Below the pieces are notes generated by a model. The model saw nothing but the letters and a program-made list of their open reading frames with translations. It had not been told where the DNA came from and did not search any database. This document shows, piece by piece, positions 1 through 10,690 of a stretch of 34,070 nucleotides of DNA. Source of the stretch: Octopus bimaculoides (lineage: Eukaryota); the NCBI RefSeq assembly GCF_001194135.2, contig NC_068989.1:26121001-26155070 (forward strand), in the 5' to 3' direction. Numbering within the stretch: position 1 is the first letter of the stretch; every line of letters starts with the position of its first letter. The position numbers and the translations under genes were made by a program.

Positions 1-1
1 G

Positions 2-319
2 ATCTGTAATGATATTTCTCAATTCCTTACTTTGTGCAAGGATCGGTAAGTTCGCTTTGGCGATATTAAAGATGTTCTGGTGGCATGGATTTTGTGTCAC
101 TATAAATGGAATGATCTTTTCCTGTTTGTCTTTTCTTTGCGGTGTCCTCAGTTGTTGTATGGGTATTTTCGAAGCCCGCTGAATACCATTTTCTATGAGT
201 CGTGATGGGTATTTTTGCTTCACCAGAAATTCTTTCAGTTCCATCAGGCGTTGATTTCTGGTCTCTATATCCTCTACAATAGTACATATTCTCCTGGCTA
301 GGCAGTATGGTATGTTGCG
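2..319 (-). mobile_element. Penelope-like element (PLE) RT thumb/linker fragment, bounded upstream by a (TA)n tract and running off the window start
   Basis: My translation of an unlisted stop-free minus frame (319 to 2) reads RNIPYCLARRICTIVEDIETRNQRLMELKEFLVKQKYPSRLIENGIQRASKIP...IIPFIVTQNP. This matches the PLE thumb pattern IPY-x-LARRICTI...RL-x-EL...L...YP...I...I-x-RA and the downstream PF-x-x-T-x-NP motif. Homology stops at the (TA)n at 321-341. Confidence 0.8.
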
Positions 320-582
320 TATATATATATATATATATATACACTTACGGATATTTAAATAAGCATATAGACAAACATAAAACAAAACTACATAAATACA
401 TAGAAATTGATATATATAGATACACATGTTACATAGATGGCCTTCAGATATCATTATTTAGTAATATTAAATAACATAATACTATTAAATCAAAGAATGT
501 AATATATTATTTAGATTAATAAAGAAACATTTAGTGTGATGTGGAATAATATTAAACAACACTATTAATGATAATATTATGT

Positions 583-1523
583 TTATTTAGTTTTGGTGAA
601 AAGGAATTTGATCATGTGTTTACATGAAAAACCTTTTTATCCCTCGTATTTACTAGATTTCCTTTCATCCTCATTATATTGTAGTTTCCTTCAAGGCATA
701 ATCTACATAATTTATTGTTAATTTTGTAATAAGGTGCGAATGATAGAAGTCTGTAAATAATTTGGAAATCACTATTGGTTTTGGGTTTTTTTTGTTTTTG
801 TTTTGAGGTGCCAAAATTTTTTGAGAATCCAGTATTGTTTATTTTGCTTTGATCCCGAAAGTTCGATTCGTGGTTTGAAATTCTTGATTTGACCCAGTTT
901 TGTGTACATCCGATATATTGATATTTTGAGGAATTATGGGCCATAATTTTTACTTGGTATACTATATTTTTTTCTTTTGCAATATCTGTCTAACTTACAA
1001 GTGTTTGGGTCTCTACAATTACAATTGTTATGTGTGGGTGATTCATATGGATTGTAGTTATTAAGAGTATTTGTATTGCTAAGTTTACCATTATCTTGTG
1101 GTTTATTATTATTGTTGTATGTTCTAGGTTCAGTATGTGTTTCTTTTTAAATTTTCGTAGAATTCATATAGTTTCTTATTATTAAATGAAAATATTATCC
1201 TGAGTAGGTTGACGGAAACTGAAAGCCGAATCTGATATGTTTATTATGAAATATTTCTGTGTATCTAGTGGTTTTAAGGTTTTTATTATAATCTTTTTGA
1301 TAGATCTTATAAAGTTCATCTTTAACTGATTAGCAAAGGAAAGTATTATCCAAATTGTTTTATAATTGTCTACCTCGGTTGAGCAATGATTTGTATGTAA
1401 AAAGTCATTTTTCCTCATACATGGTATTGATTTCTTTTGGAATATGATTCTACTATCATTATGAATTTTATTACTATGGTTACTTATATAATTATTGTAA
1501 GTCGTCGTATTCTGGCAATTCAT
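583..1523 (-). mobile_element. Decayed PLE C-terminal region: thumb remnant, CxC linker and GIY-YIG endonuclease (frameshifted)
   Basis: ORF 1182-1523 has YKTIWIILSF...SDSAFSF (cf. IIWFNPPF...SYS). An unlisted frame near 965-1030 reads CNCRDPNTCKLDRYC. ORF 612-944 has NIVYQ...YIGCTQ..KSRISNHESNFRD..NTGFSK...PY...CRLCLE. A shifted frame ends CKHMIKFLF with a stop at 583-585. Confidence 0.85.
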
Positions 1524-1957
1524 GTTTTTATTTATTGTTATTTATGACGGTATACTGATTCTTTATATGTATTTAAGTCTTTAGTCTTAACATTATGCTT
1601 TATGTAATAATATTTAATATGATTTTTGTTACTGTTGTAGTTCTTATTGTACTTAATTTCGTACTTATACCCTGCCTTCTAAAGTGCTATGCTGTAATAA
1701 ACGTTGTGTTTATTTTTCCTTTCATTTTTGACAACCCAGATTATTAAAATGAAATTATTGTCTTTCTGTATGAAAGAATCGTATAGCTATATGAATAAAA
1801 ACAATTCCAATCCATTCAATCCATATTAACATCTAATCTCCTCCATTTACGAAAAACATAATTCGATTTGTTGAACATTGCTTCATAAGTTAAATCATAT
1901 ACTTTGTATATATATACATATATATANNNNNNNNNNNNNNNNNNNNNNNNNNNNNNN

Positions 1958-1997
<40 letters not shown>

Positions 1998-2237
1998 GGA
2001 GAAGAGAAAATAAATTCAACGGCCGATATATATATATATATATACTTGTATATGATTGCGAAGTGAATTTATGGAAAGAAATCCTATAAAACTCATTTAG
2101 TTAAAAATGGAGAAGAAAAGTGGTTAAGACATAAGAGAATTTTAATTCATGCAGACGATCGTTCTGTACAGAGATATAAAAATCATGCACATTCATGATT
2201 TTATTGAATTAGATTAAATTGTAAGTCAAGTTAGATA

Positions 2238-2400
2238 TTAACGTGAGTCACATCTGTTGACGGGATATTCTGCAAACCTGCATGCATCTTCAAGCACAAT
2301 AAAAACATGCGTCATACACACATTGTTTACATTGTGAGAAACGTGTTTCACAGACAGCACTATTGGGGACCAAAAGCACACTCCACTGTCTGAATTCGTA
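2238..2400 (-). pseudogene. Possible C-terminal remnant of a hAT (Charlie/GTF2IRD2-like) transposase
   Basis: Minus frames give LLVPNSAVCETRFSQCK (cf. dimerisation-domain motif ST-x-x-CE-x-x-FS) and end LEDACRFA...CDSR* (cf. CQ-x-SH*). Weak and frameshifted. Confidence 0.3.
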
Positions 2401-3703
2401 CAAAGGCATGACTGTGGTGAGCAGAAAAACATTAATTTAATCACTAGATCAGTGGTTCCCATGCGACCATCATATATTACTAGAACGGATATTTTGATGC
2501 ATAGAATTGGTAGTATTACTGCAATTCATTGTGCTTTTGGTTTTTATTGCTTAGAGATCAGTCGAGCTTCTGCTGCTGATAAGATACTTCGGATAATAGC
2601 TTGAATTGCAGCCCCTCAAAAAAAAAAAGTAATTTTGATATGAAAAAATGGTCTAAAATTCCAATTTTACACGTGCATATACGGTCAACGAACGACTACC
2701 AAGAATTGCTTCCATGTACTGTGGGCTAAATACTAAATGCCCAACAAACCCTGGTGTCCTACAAGTTGATATACTTAGATTCTAAGGAATCACTCAACTG
2801 GTCTAACTATCTACCTATCTATCAATGTATCTATGTATCTCTCTCTATATATATGTATAGAGTGGATAGCCACCACACAAACACACACAGACAGACGCAG
2901 ATGTACACATGCACACACTCAGACACAGACACACACACATATACATGTGGTTACATAAATATCTGCAATTAAGCATAAAAAATTATAGGTATTATAAATA
3001 TTTATATCTGAATAAGACACCGTACGCCAGGTATTCTAAAATAGAGTATCATGTAATAAAATTTAGGAAATATTCTACTAGCAATTATCAAATTTAATGG
3101 TTTTCGAATGTTGTCCGTTGTCAACAAGAAGGCAGTGACTACCTCTCTGAAAATCGTCACAGCGTTTTCCAGCAATTTTTAATCTAGATATATTTCGGCG
3201 TATTACAAGAAGTCGTCATCTGTCCCAAATACAATTATTGAGAACATTGGTAGTGTAAAAATATGAGTAAAGTTTTGAAGAACGATAAAGATTCATGTAA
3301 GTAGTCAGTGATGAAATTACTGTCTATCATGCTTGATGTCAAACATCACACAATGCAATTCATGTACTAAGCAAAGATACCTCCCCACCACCAGAAAAAC
3401 AGTAAAAAATAAATAATGTATGTCAGTAAATGGTACGAAATTAGTGAGTTATTTATCACTGTGAACGTAGATATATATACACACAAACAAACATATATAC
3501 ATAAACATGCATACAAACGTACGTATGTTGCGTGTGTGTGCATATATAAATAAATAAATATATANNNNNNNNNNNNNNNNNNNNNNNNNNNNNNNNNNNN
3601 NNNNNNNNNNNNNNNNNNNNNNNNNNNNNNNNNNNNNNNNNNNNNNNNNNNNNNNNNNNNNNNNNAAGGAATGGAGAAAACGCATGTTATAATTGCATAC
3701 TTT

Positions 3704-3753
3704 ATTCCTACATATGTTTCAAAGGATTACAACCTGTGTCATCCATAGGGATC
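3704..3753 (-). ncRNA. Decayed minimal type I hammerhead ribozyme-like motif
   Basis: Minus strand reads gatcc-ct(atg)gatga-cacagg-ttgtaat-ccttt-gaaac-atat-gt-a-ggaat. It has GAAAC, a palindromic ACATATGT stem III, a GUA triplet and partial stems I and II. The CUGAUGA box carries a 3-nt insertion. Confidence 0.35.
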
Positions 3754-3764
3754 TTTGATATTAA

Positions 3765-4583
3765 AATGGTAACGTTGGAAAGCATTCTAAACCAGAACCT
3801 AATAAATATGTCTGGGTAGTTCTTCCTTTCAGTAAACATGTAAAATCAAACTTGGTATCCCAGTTCCAAAACGCTATAAATAAGAACTTCCCTAAACACT
3901 CTCATTACTCCCAAGTCATAAATACACACAAGGTTAAATTCGGTTTCTCTAACATGAAGGACATTTCACAGATAATATCTGCACACAATATGAGGCTTTT
4001 GCATCCACTAGAGAATTCAAACAGTAATATTATTGAACCAAACATTATTAGCCCTTACCAAAATAACAATAATAACACTAATAATAATAATAATAATAAT
4101 ATAGGGAACGATATTAATAACACGACGCATAATAGTAATAGTCATAACAACAAAATCATTATTTCAGAAGTCAATTCCAAAAGAATTATTTTTTTAAGTG
4201 AAAATGTGAGACTCAGAAACAATATCTACCAATGTCAAGTTAGTACTCCCCAAAATACTCACTTTTATGTAGGTTCTTCCTCTACACCTTTATCCACTAG
4301 AATCTCTAACCATTTTTCATCCTTTAGAGATAAAAGCAAGCGTAATACCACGAGCCTTAGCAAACTAATTTGGGATCTTAAAGATAATAACATTAAATTT
4401 AAACTAGACTGGCTTATTCTTTCTATTTCTAAACCATATGAACAGGGTAGAAAATTCTGTGATCTCTGTGTAACAGAATTCCTTTTCATTTTATTTTCAA
4501 AGAATAATCTGATAAATACTTTCATAGAACATTCTTACAAATGTAAACACTGGCAAAAACATACATATTCTGCGTTCAAATAA
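3765..4583 (+). CDS. PLE-derived GIY-YIG endonuclease ORF with thumb remnant and Asn-rich linker, no RT core; stop-free frame from 3765 (the ORF track starts it at TTG 3852)
   Basis: YVWVVLPFSKHVKSN...FPKH...INTHKVKFGFSNM..IISAHN..LL; NIYQCQV...FYVGSS...TRISNHFSSFRD...TTSLSKLIWDLKD...LDWLIL...PY...CDLC..E...CKH. These are GIY-YIG motifs plus PLE-type Cys/His motifs (CDLC, CKH). The nearest upstream in-frame stop is TAA at 3762-3764. Confidence 0.85.
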   Translation, partial: NGNVGKHSKPEPNKYVWVVLPFSKHVKSNLVSQFQNAINKNFPKHSHYSQVINTHKVKFGFSNMKDISQIISAHNMRLLHPLENSNSNIIEPNIISPYQNNNNNTNNNNNNNIGNDINNTTHNSNSHNNKIIISEVNSKRIIFLSENVRLRNNIYQCQVSTPQNTHFYVGSSSTPLSTRISNHFSSFRDKSKRNTTSLSKLIWDLKDNNIKFKLDWLILSISKPYEQGRKFCDLCVTEFLFILFSKNNLINTFIEHSYKCKHWQKHTYSAFK

Positions 4584-5209
4584 CAATAGAGGTTTTCATA
4601 AAACGCTATCATATTTACCCGTAATAAGTAAATTCTTAAAATAGTTCTAATAAAACATTATGTTTTCCCTCAAAGGTTAGAAGATTAAAATTATTTACGA
4701 TTCTAATTATTTATCTATACTTTCGTAATTTATTAACCCTAATTAGAGTATATTTTAAATCTTGATAAACCCTTGTAACAACCATAACATACTAAATTTA
4801 TGTACGTATGAACATACCGGTATGGGTGTTTTTATATATACGCGTGTATCTGTGAGAGAAAATGTGTATATATATATGTGTGTGTGTGTCTGTGTCTACA
4901 TATTTAGGGTCTTGTATAAAATAGAGGTGTTTTAATTAATTTTTCTGTGTACATATACGCATTATCATTTATATTTTCACTCTTACACTTGTTTTCACTC
5001 TTATCAATATTACTTTTTTAAAAATATATAAATATGCACTTACGTATGATTTTTTGGATGTACGTACATTTTTGTGTAAAAATGTATTTATTAACACATG
5101 GGTTTGCTTATATATTCATATATGAGTGTACTTGTGAATAAGTATGGGAGCATATTTGTGTAGATGTTTTTTTTTTTAATATAAGTAAACATTTAGATGT
5201 TTGTGTGTG

Positions 5210-5603
5210 CGTAAATATAAATGTGTGTATATGATTGTGTATACAAGTTTATGTGAGTGTGTATGTCCACATGTGTATGTATGTGTATATATATGTGTGT
5301 GTATGTGTATGTATGTATGGATACATACGCAAACACACGTATGCACATACATACATACATACAAATAGATATACATATACATATATACACATATATATAT
5401 GTGTACATATAAAAGAAAAATAACTCAAGTGTTTTATATATACATACATACACACACCCACATACATACATCCACATATCCATATACGTGTGTATGTGCA
5501 TGCATACATATACATATACACACACATACATGTACATGTATATATATATTTTGTGTGCACACACACACATACACATATATACACATACACACATGTGCAC
5601 ATA
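5210..5603. repeat. Compound (CA)/(TA)/(TACA) low-complexity tract running into an assembly gap
   Basis: Direct inspection. It generates spurious Y/I/H/T/C/V-rich ORFs. Confidence 0.9.
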
Positions 5604-6607
5604 NNNNNNNNNNNNNNNNNNNNNNNNNNNNNNNNNNNNNNNNNNNNNNNNNNNNNNNNNNNNNNNNNNNNNNNNNNNNNNNNNNNNNNNNNNNNNNNNN
5701 NNNNNNNNNNNNNNNNNNNNNNNNNNNNNNNNNNNNNNNNNNNNNNNNNNNNNNNNNNNNNNNNNNNNNNNNNNNNNNNNNNNNNNNNNNNNNNNNNNNN
5801 NNNNNNNNNNNNNNNNNNNNNNNNNNNNNNNNNNNNNNNNNNNNNNNNNNNNNNNNNNNNNNNNNNNNNNNNNNNNNNNNNNNNNNNNNNNNNNNNNNNN
5901 NNNNNNNNNNNNNNNNNNNNNNNNNNNNNNNNNNNNNNNNNNNNNNNNNNNNNNNNNNNNNNNNNNNNNNNNNNNNNNNNNNNNNNNNNNNNNNNNNNNN
6001 NNNNNNNNNNNNNNNNNNNNNNNNNNNNNNNNNNNNNNNNNNNNNNNNNNNNNNNNNNNNNNNNNNNNNNNNNNNNNNNNNNNNNNNNNNNNNNNNNNNN
6101 NNNNNNNNNNNNNNNNNNNNNNNNNNNNNNNNNNNNNNNNNNNNNNNNNNNNNNNNNNNNNNNNNNNNNNNNNNNNNNNNNNNNNNNNNNNNNNNNNNNN
6201 NNNNNNNNNNNNNNNNNNNNNNNNNNNNNNNNNNNNNNNNNNNNNNNNNNNNNNNNNNNNNNNNNNNNNNNNNNNNNNNNNNNNNNNNNNNNNNNNNNNN
6301 NNNNNNNNNNNNNNNNNNNNNNNNNNNNNNNNNNNNNNNNNNNNNNNNNNNNNNNNNNNNNNNNNNNNNNNNNNNNNNNNNNNNNNNNNNNNNNNNNNNN
6401 NNNNNNNNNNNNNNNNNNNNNNNNNNNNNNNNNNNNNNNNNNNNNNNNNNNNNNNNNNNNNNNNNNNNNNNNNNNNNNNNNNNNNNNNNNNNNNNNNNNN
6501 NNNNNNNNNNNNNNNNNNNNNNNNNNNNNNNNNNNNNNNNNNNNNNNNNNNNNNNNNNNNNNNNNNNNNNNNNNNNNNNNNNNNNNNNNNNNNNNNNNNN
6601 NNTATAT

Positions 6608-6646
<39 letters not shown>

Positions 6647-7184
6647 TGTGGATGTTTGCTCTAATACATATATACATGTACTTGTCTACTGTATGATAAA
6701 TATTTGAATTAGGTATACATCATAATTGAAGTAATGATAAAAAATAGGAATGCATCAAATTTACTTTAGTTTTCTGTTTCCTAATTACCACTTTTAATAC
6801 TGTTTGAATATTGATATTTTATATATTTGCTTTATTAGATATTCTTTAAAGCTGTCTCTGAATTTATCCACGAACTACTTCACCAACAACCTCCCACCAC
6901 CGTTCTTATACTCATTTAGCTCTTCTATATTTTTGGTCTCATTTTTTTCATCTTTGCATATCACAATCATTCATCTCACTGAAAGATAAACCATAGATTT
7001 GACTTTCAGAATAATTGCAATTTAGTCTGCCACAAATCATGAATGATTAATTCTATTTTTTTATTTTATTTGTTTATGTTACAAGATTTACAAAAGAACT
7101 TTCATTTACCTAAACCATATGTAGGTAATGTAAATATTAATAAAATTCAGAACACACATTCATTAGTTTTTTTCTTTAACTCTG

Positions 7185-7217
<33 letters not shown>

Positions 7218-7601
7218 NNNNNNNNNNNNNNNNNNNNNNNNNNNNNNNNNNNNNNNNNNNNNNNNNNNNNNNNNNNNNNNNNNNNNNNNNNNNNNNNNNN
7301 NNNNNNNNNNNNNNNNNNNNNNNNNNNNNNNNNNNNNNNNNNNNNNNNNNNNNNNNNNNNNNNNNNNNNNNNNNNNNNNNNNNNNNNNNNNNNNNNNNNN
7401 NNNNNNNNNNNNNNNNNNNNNNNNNNNNNNNNNNNNNNNNNNNNNNNNNNNNNNNNNNNNNNNNNNNNNNNNNNNNNNNNNNNNNNNNNNNNNNNNNNNN
7501 NNNNNNNNNNNNNNNNNNNNNNNNNNNNNNNNNNNNNNNNNNNNNNNNNNNNNNNNNNNNNNNNNNNNNNNNNNNNNNNNNNNNNNNNNNNNNNNNNNNN
7601 N

Positions 7602-7661
<60 letters not shown>

Positions 7662-7796
7662 ATGTGTCTACGAGTGTTTGTATTTGTGTGTGTCTGTGTG
7701 TGTGTTTGTGTCTGTGTGTGTATGTGTTTTTGCGTGTTGGCGTGTCTCTGCTTGTGTTTGTATGCATATATTTTTTATCAATAATTTGTATCATTG

Positions 7797-7940
7797 CTCC
7801 CGCCATTGGACAGAGACCATGCTGGAGCACCGCTTTGGGAGGGATTATCGAATTCATCGTCCTATGTAATTACTTTTATATCCTGGTACCTATTCCGGTT
7901 GTCTCTGTTTGGCTAACAAGTTGCTTACGGTTAGCATGTG
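7797..7940 (-). mobile_element. Degenerate SINE tail fragment (same family as 14263-14580)
   Basis: gaccatgctggagcaccgc...atcctggtacctatt...tctctgtttggc resembles gaccatgctcgagcaccgc...agcctaatacttatt at 14300-14380. Confidence 0.5.
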
Positions 7941-8013
7941 ATGGGAATATGCAGACACGAATACCCCACCATTAACATATCCATGTGTGTGTATGTGTGT
8001 GTATGTGTGTGTT

Positions 8014-8054
<41 letters not shown>

Positions 8055-8573
8055 GTGTGTGTTTGTGCTTGTGTGTGTGTGTACGTGCATATATGTTCCT
8101 GGTAGTTTAAAAATATTATCTCTAATGAACCACACGATTTGACCTGAATTCAAGTCTATCAACTTTGTCGTATTCAAAACTATTCCAGAAATTACTCAGG
8201 GGTAGAAAATCCTGATTTCACGATGGTAAAACCGTTGGGTGGCTTTAACGAAGAATAATATATGATTCAAATGATACGATGAAGAAATACTTTAAAACAT
8301 AGTTAATGATCAGTTACAATTATTGCTGTACCGACTCAGATTAAATCGCCAGTTTACTCCAATATACGAAGCGAAAATGTTTACAGTTTTAGACAATGGT
8401 GGCGGCATATCAGACTTGCATCAGACTTGCTCATGCATCGGGCGTCTTCCAGAATTTGCATTTTTGTTTTATTTCTATCAGGTAGAAAAAAATTAAATAA
8501 AAGTAAATAAAGACATGGGAAAGGGATGTATAATCATTACATGCGAAGAGAAGAATAGGAAGGTAGAGAAGAC

Positions 8574-8668
8574 GAAGAAGAAGAAAAAGAAGAAGAAGAA
8601 GAAGAGAAGAAGAAGAAGAAGAAGAAGAAGAAGAAGAAGAAGAAGAAGAAGAAGAAGAAGAAGAAGAA
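8574..8668. repeat. (AAG)n microsatellite
   Basis: Direct inspection. Confidence 0.97.
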
Positions 8669-8730
8669 GGGCCTTGAATAAAGGGTGTTTAAAGATGATG
8701 ATCATGACAGCCTGGTATGGCATCGGGGCA

Positions 8731-8732
<2 letters not shown>

Positions 8733-8798
<66 letters not shown>

Positions 8799-8800
8799 TA
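8733..8800. repeat. (ATT)n microsatellite
   Basis: Direct inspection. Confidence 0.97.
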
Positions 8801-8865
8801 TCATTTACTAATAATCTGCATGTGTTTTACAATCACTTGCCGAGACACATCCATTATTATTATTA

Positions 8866-8975
8866 AGGATGTGAACTTGTAGAATCGTTAGAATGCCGGG
8901 CAAAATGCTTACTCCCTTCTACAAACTTTTAGGCCTTGTGTCTATAGTAGAAAAGATTATTATTATCTGATCCTG
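8866..8975 (+). mobile_element. Internally deleted copy of a second tRNA-type SINE family (head and tail only)
   Basis: aaggatgtgaacttgtagaatcgttagaatgccgggcaaaatgctta is followed by ggccttgtgtctatagtagaaaagattattattat. It resembles the head and (ATT) tail of a cephalopod SINE as I recall it; not checked against a library. Confidence 0.35.
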
Positions 8976-8999
8976 GAGTACAAATATACGAAACGTAAT

Positions 9000-9345
9000 A
9001 TACCCGTTATGACTACTCGCCTGGTAAAGGTACACCAGCCACATGCATCACAACTATATGTGCGCGATATAGTGATCTCATATCAAGATAAACAGCGCAT
9101 AATCTTGCAGGTGCAGACCAGTTAGAATTTTCTTTAGGTTGAGTAGCGCATCGCCTTTAAATGGGACTCTGAATTAAGGATGTTGAACGAAGCATCCATG
9201 TTTCCAGAGGTGAATTATTAAACCCAAAATGAATCCTCTTAACAGATGGCTATGGTGTCACCCCACAACTCCTTCTCCTGATTAGAGGTACACATATCGT
9301 CAGCCACTAAGTGACATGCTCAGCTTGTTAAGGTCAAACAACTGA
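9000..9345. repeat. Unclassified interspersed repeat fragment
   Basis: GC-richer non-coding block (catgcatcacaac...gatctcatatcaagataaacagcgca...cacatatcgtcagccactaag) that I recall as a common octopus repeat. No internal evidence of its class. Confidence 0.3.
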
Positions 9346-9354
9346 CAAAACTTT

Positions 9355-9817
9355 ACAGCAGAAACATATTGCCATGAAATTGCCAAAATGAATGAAAAAA
9401 GGCCACTCTTCTGTCTCAGACTGGTCAATAGAAGAGAGCTTATCTTTCTTCATTACAATCCTAGACCAAACATTTCACTAATGACGCTCCAGAAGTTGAG
9501 GAATCTTGGCTACGAAGTTCTTCCCCGACCAGCTTATTCCTCAGACCTTTCTCCTACTGACTACCACATTTTCAAGCACCTTAATGGTTACCTGCGAGAA
9601 AAGGAGTTTAAAAATCAAACCGATGCTGAAAGTACTTTCAAAGTGTTCATCAGCGCCTGAACTCCAGATTTTTACGTTACCGGAATAAACAAACTTGTAA
9701 CCCACTGACAAAAATGTGTGGGATGTAATGGTTGCTTACTTTGATGAATAAAATTGTTTAAGTATATTGTGATAAATTTCAGTTTTCAAAACGTTGCTTA
9801 TTTTTTAGTCAGCCTGA
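9355..9817 (+). mobile_element. Mariner (DD34D) transposon 3' fragment with right TIR and TA
   Basis: TAETYCHEIAKMNEK...LVNRRELIFLHYNPRP...LQKLRNLGYEVLPRPAYSSDLSPTDYHIFKHL matches HDNARPH...HPPYSPDLAPSDYHLF. A TIR-like end, ...ttttttagtcagcctga, is followed by TA at 9818-9819. Confidence 0.9.
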
Positions 9818-9989
9818 TAGATAAGAACTAAAAACCAGTCGAAAGATAAGTTACCGAATTATTAATAATCTTAATATCGTAACGTTCTTACCACAAAATA
9901 TGTTGACTGCTGTGTGAGGGTTGTAATTGAATTGGCATTACTAGGAGGATGGAATACAAAATTTACTAACTTGTAGTTCAGTATTACCA

Positions 9990-10690
9990 CCATCATCTTG
10001 GGGATTTAAGAACCTATTCAAAGTTGTTTGTTGTTTATGACGCATCATTTCTGTGAACAGTTCAGTGTAGTAACTGAGCTCATAGTAAACTCCACTTCTA
10101 ATTTTTATGTTATGCTCACAATTATTATCATTAGTAGTAAAAACATGCAGACCTTTTATACGTACCAACTCTTTGGAAATAATTGTGATAGTAAATTTAA
10201 TTGGTGTAGGTGGAACTTCGTTGTGTCATCTGTATTCACAGCTTGATCTTTTTCTAATACCGTAAGCTCTTCGTCAGATAAACTTCCTCTGTGGGACACT
10301 AGCAACTCCATCACATCGTCCATCTATGAATTCTTCAAATGCTATACACGTTGCAAGTGTCACAATATCATTCTGAATTCGATGTAGTTTTCTGCCAAGG
10401 GAAAACTCGTAATGACACGAATATGGTCTAGCCATACACACCTCCAAACACTACTCATCCTATGACTCAGTTATAATATTTACTGCATCCATTATCTGGA
10501 ATATCTTCCAGGACGCTTTAACTGTAAGTTTATCCTCCCTGTCAATTGCTATCATAATTTGTTTGAAAGTTCTTCGCAGATAATATGCCTCGAAGTTACA
10601 CGTTCATCTATTAGCTGAAGCAAGGAAGTTGTATTCTTGGGGATATATTCTCACGTTATTAGAATGGTCTCACATTATCAGAATGGCCAT
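9990..10690 (-). mobile_element. Tigger/pogo (TIGD1-like) transposase C-terminal remnant
   Basis: Frameshifted minus translation gives PKNTTSLLQLIDERV / FEAYYLRRTFKQI...WK.F.I.DAV..I.ES.DE, and ends KQQTTLNRFL. Compare Tigger1 PPNTTSLIQPMDQGVI.TFKAYYLRRTF...QT.LD.F. Confidence 0.8.

Noticed and set aside
1210-1226. 15-nt match (gacggaaactgaaag) to a SINE motif inside the PLE remnant
   Set aside because: It falls in the PLE reading frame (AFSFRQ, aligning with GFSNM), so coincidence is more likely.
5176-7975. Long ORFs (up to 494 aa) in the ORF track, and similar ones at 18518-19318, 23528-24699 and 29887-30606
   Set aside because: They run through N gaps and dinucleotide repeats, so they are artefacts.
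8493-8882. Poly-K/R, poly-I, poly-L and poly-Y ORFs
   Set aside because: These are translations of (AAG)n and (ATT)n microsatellites.
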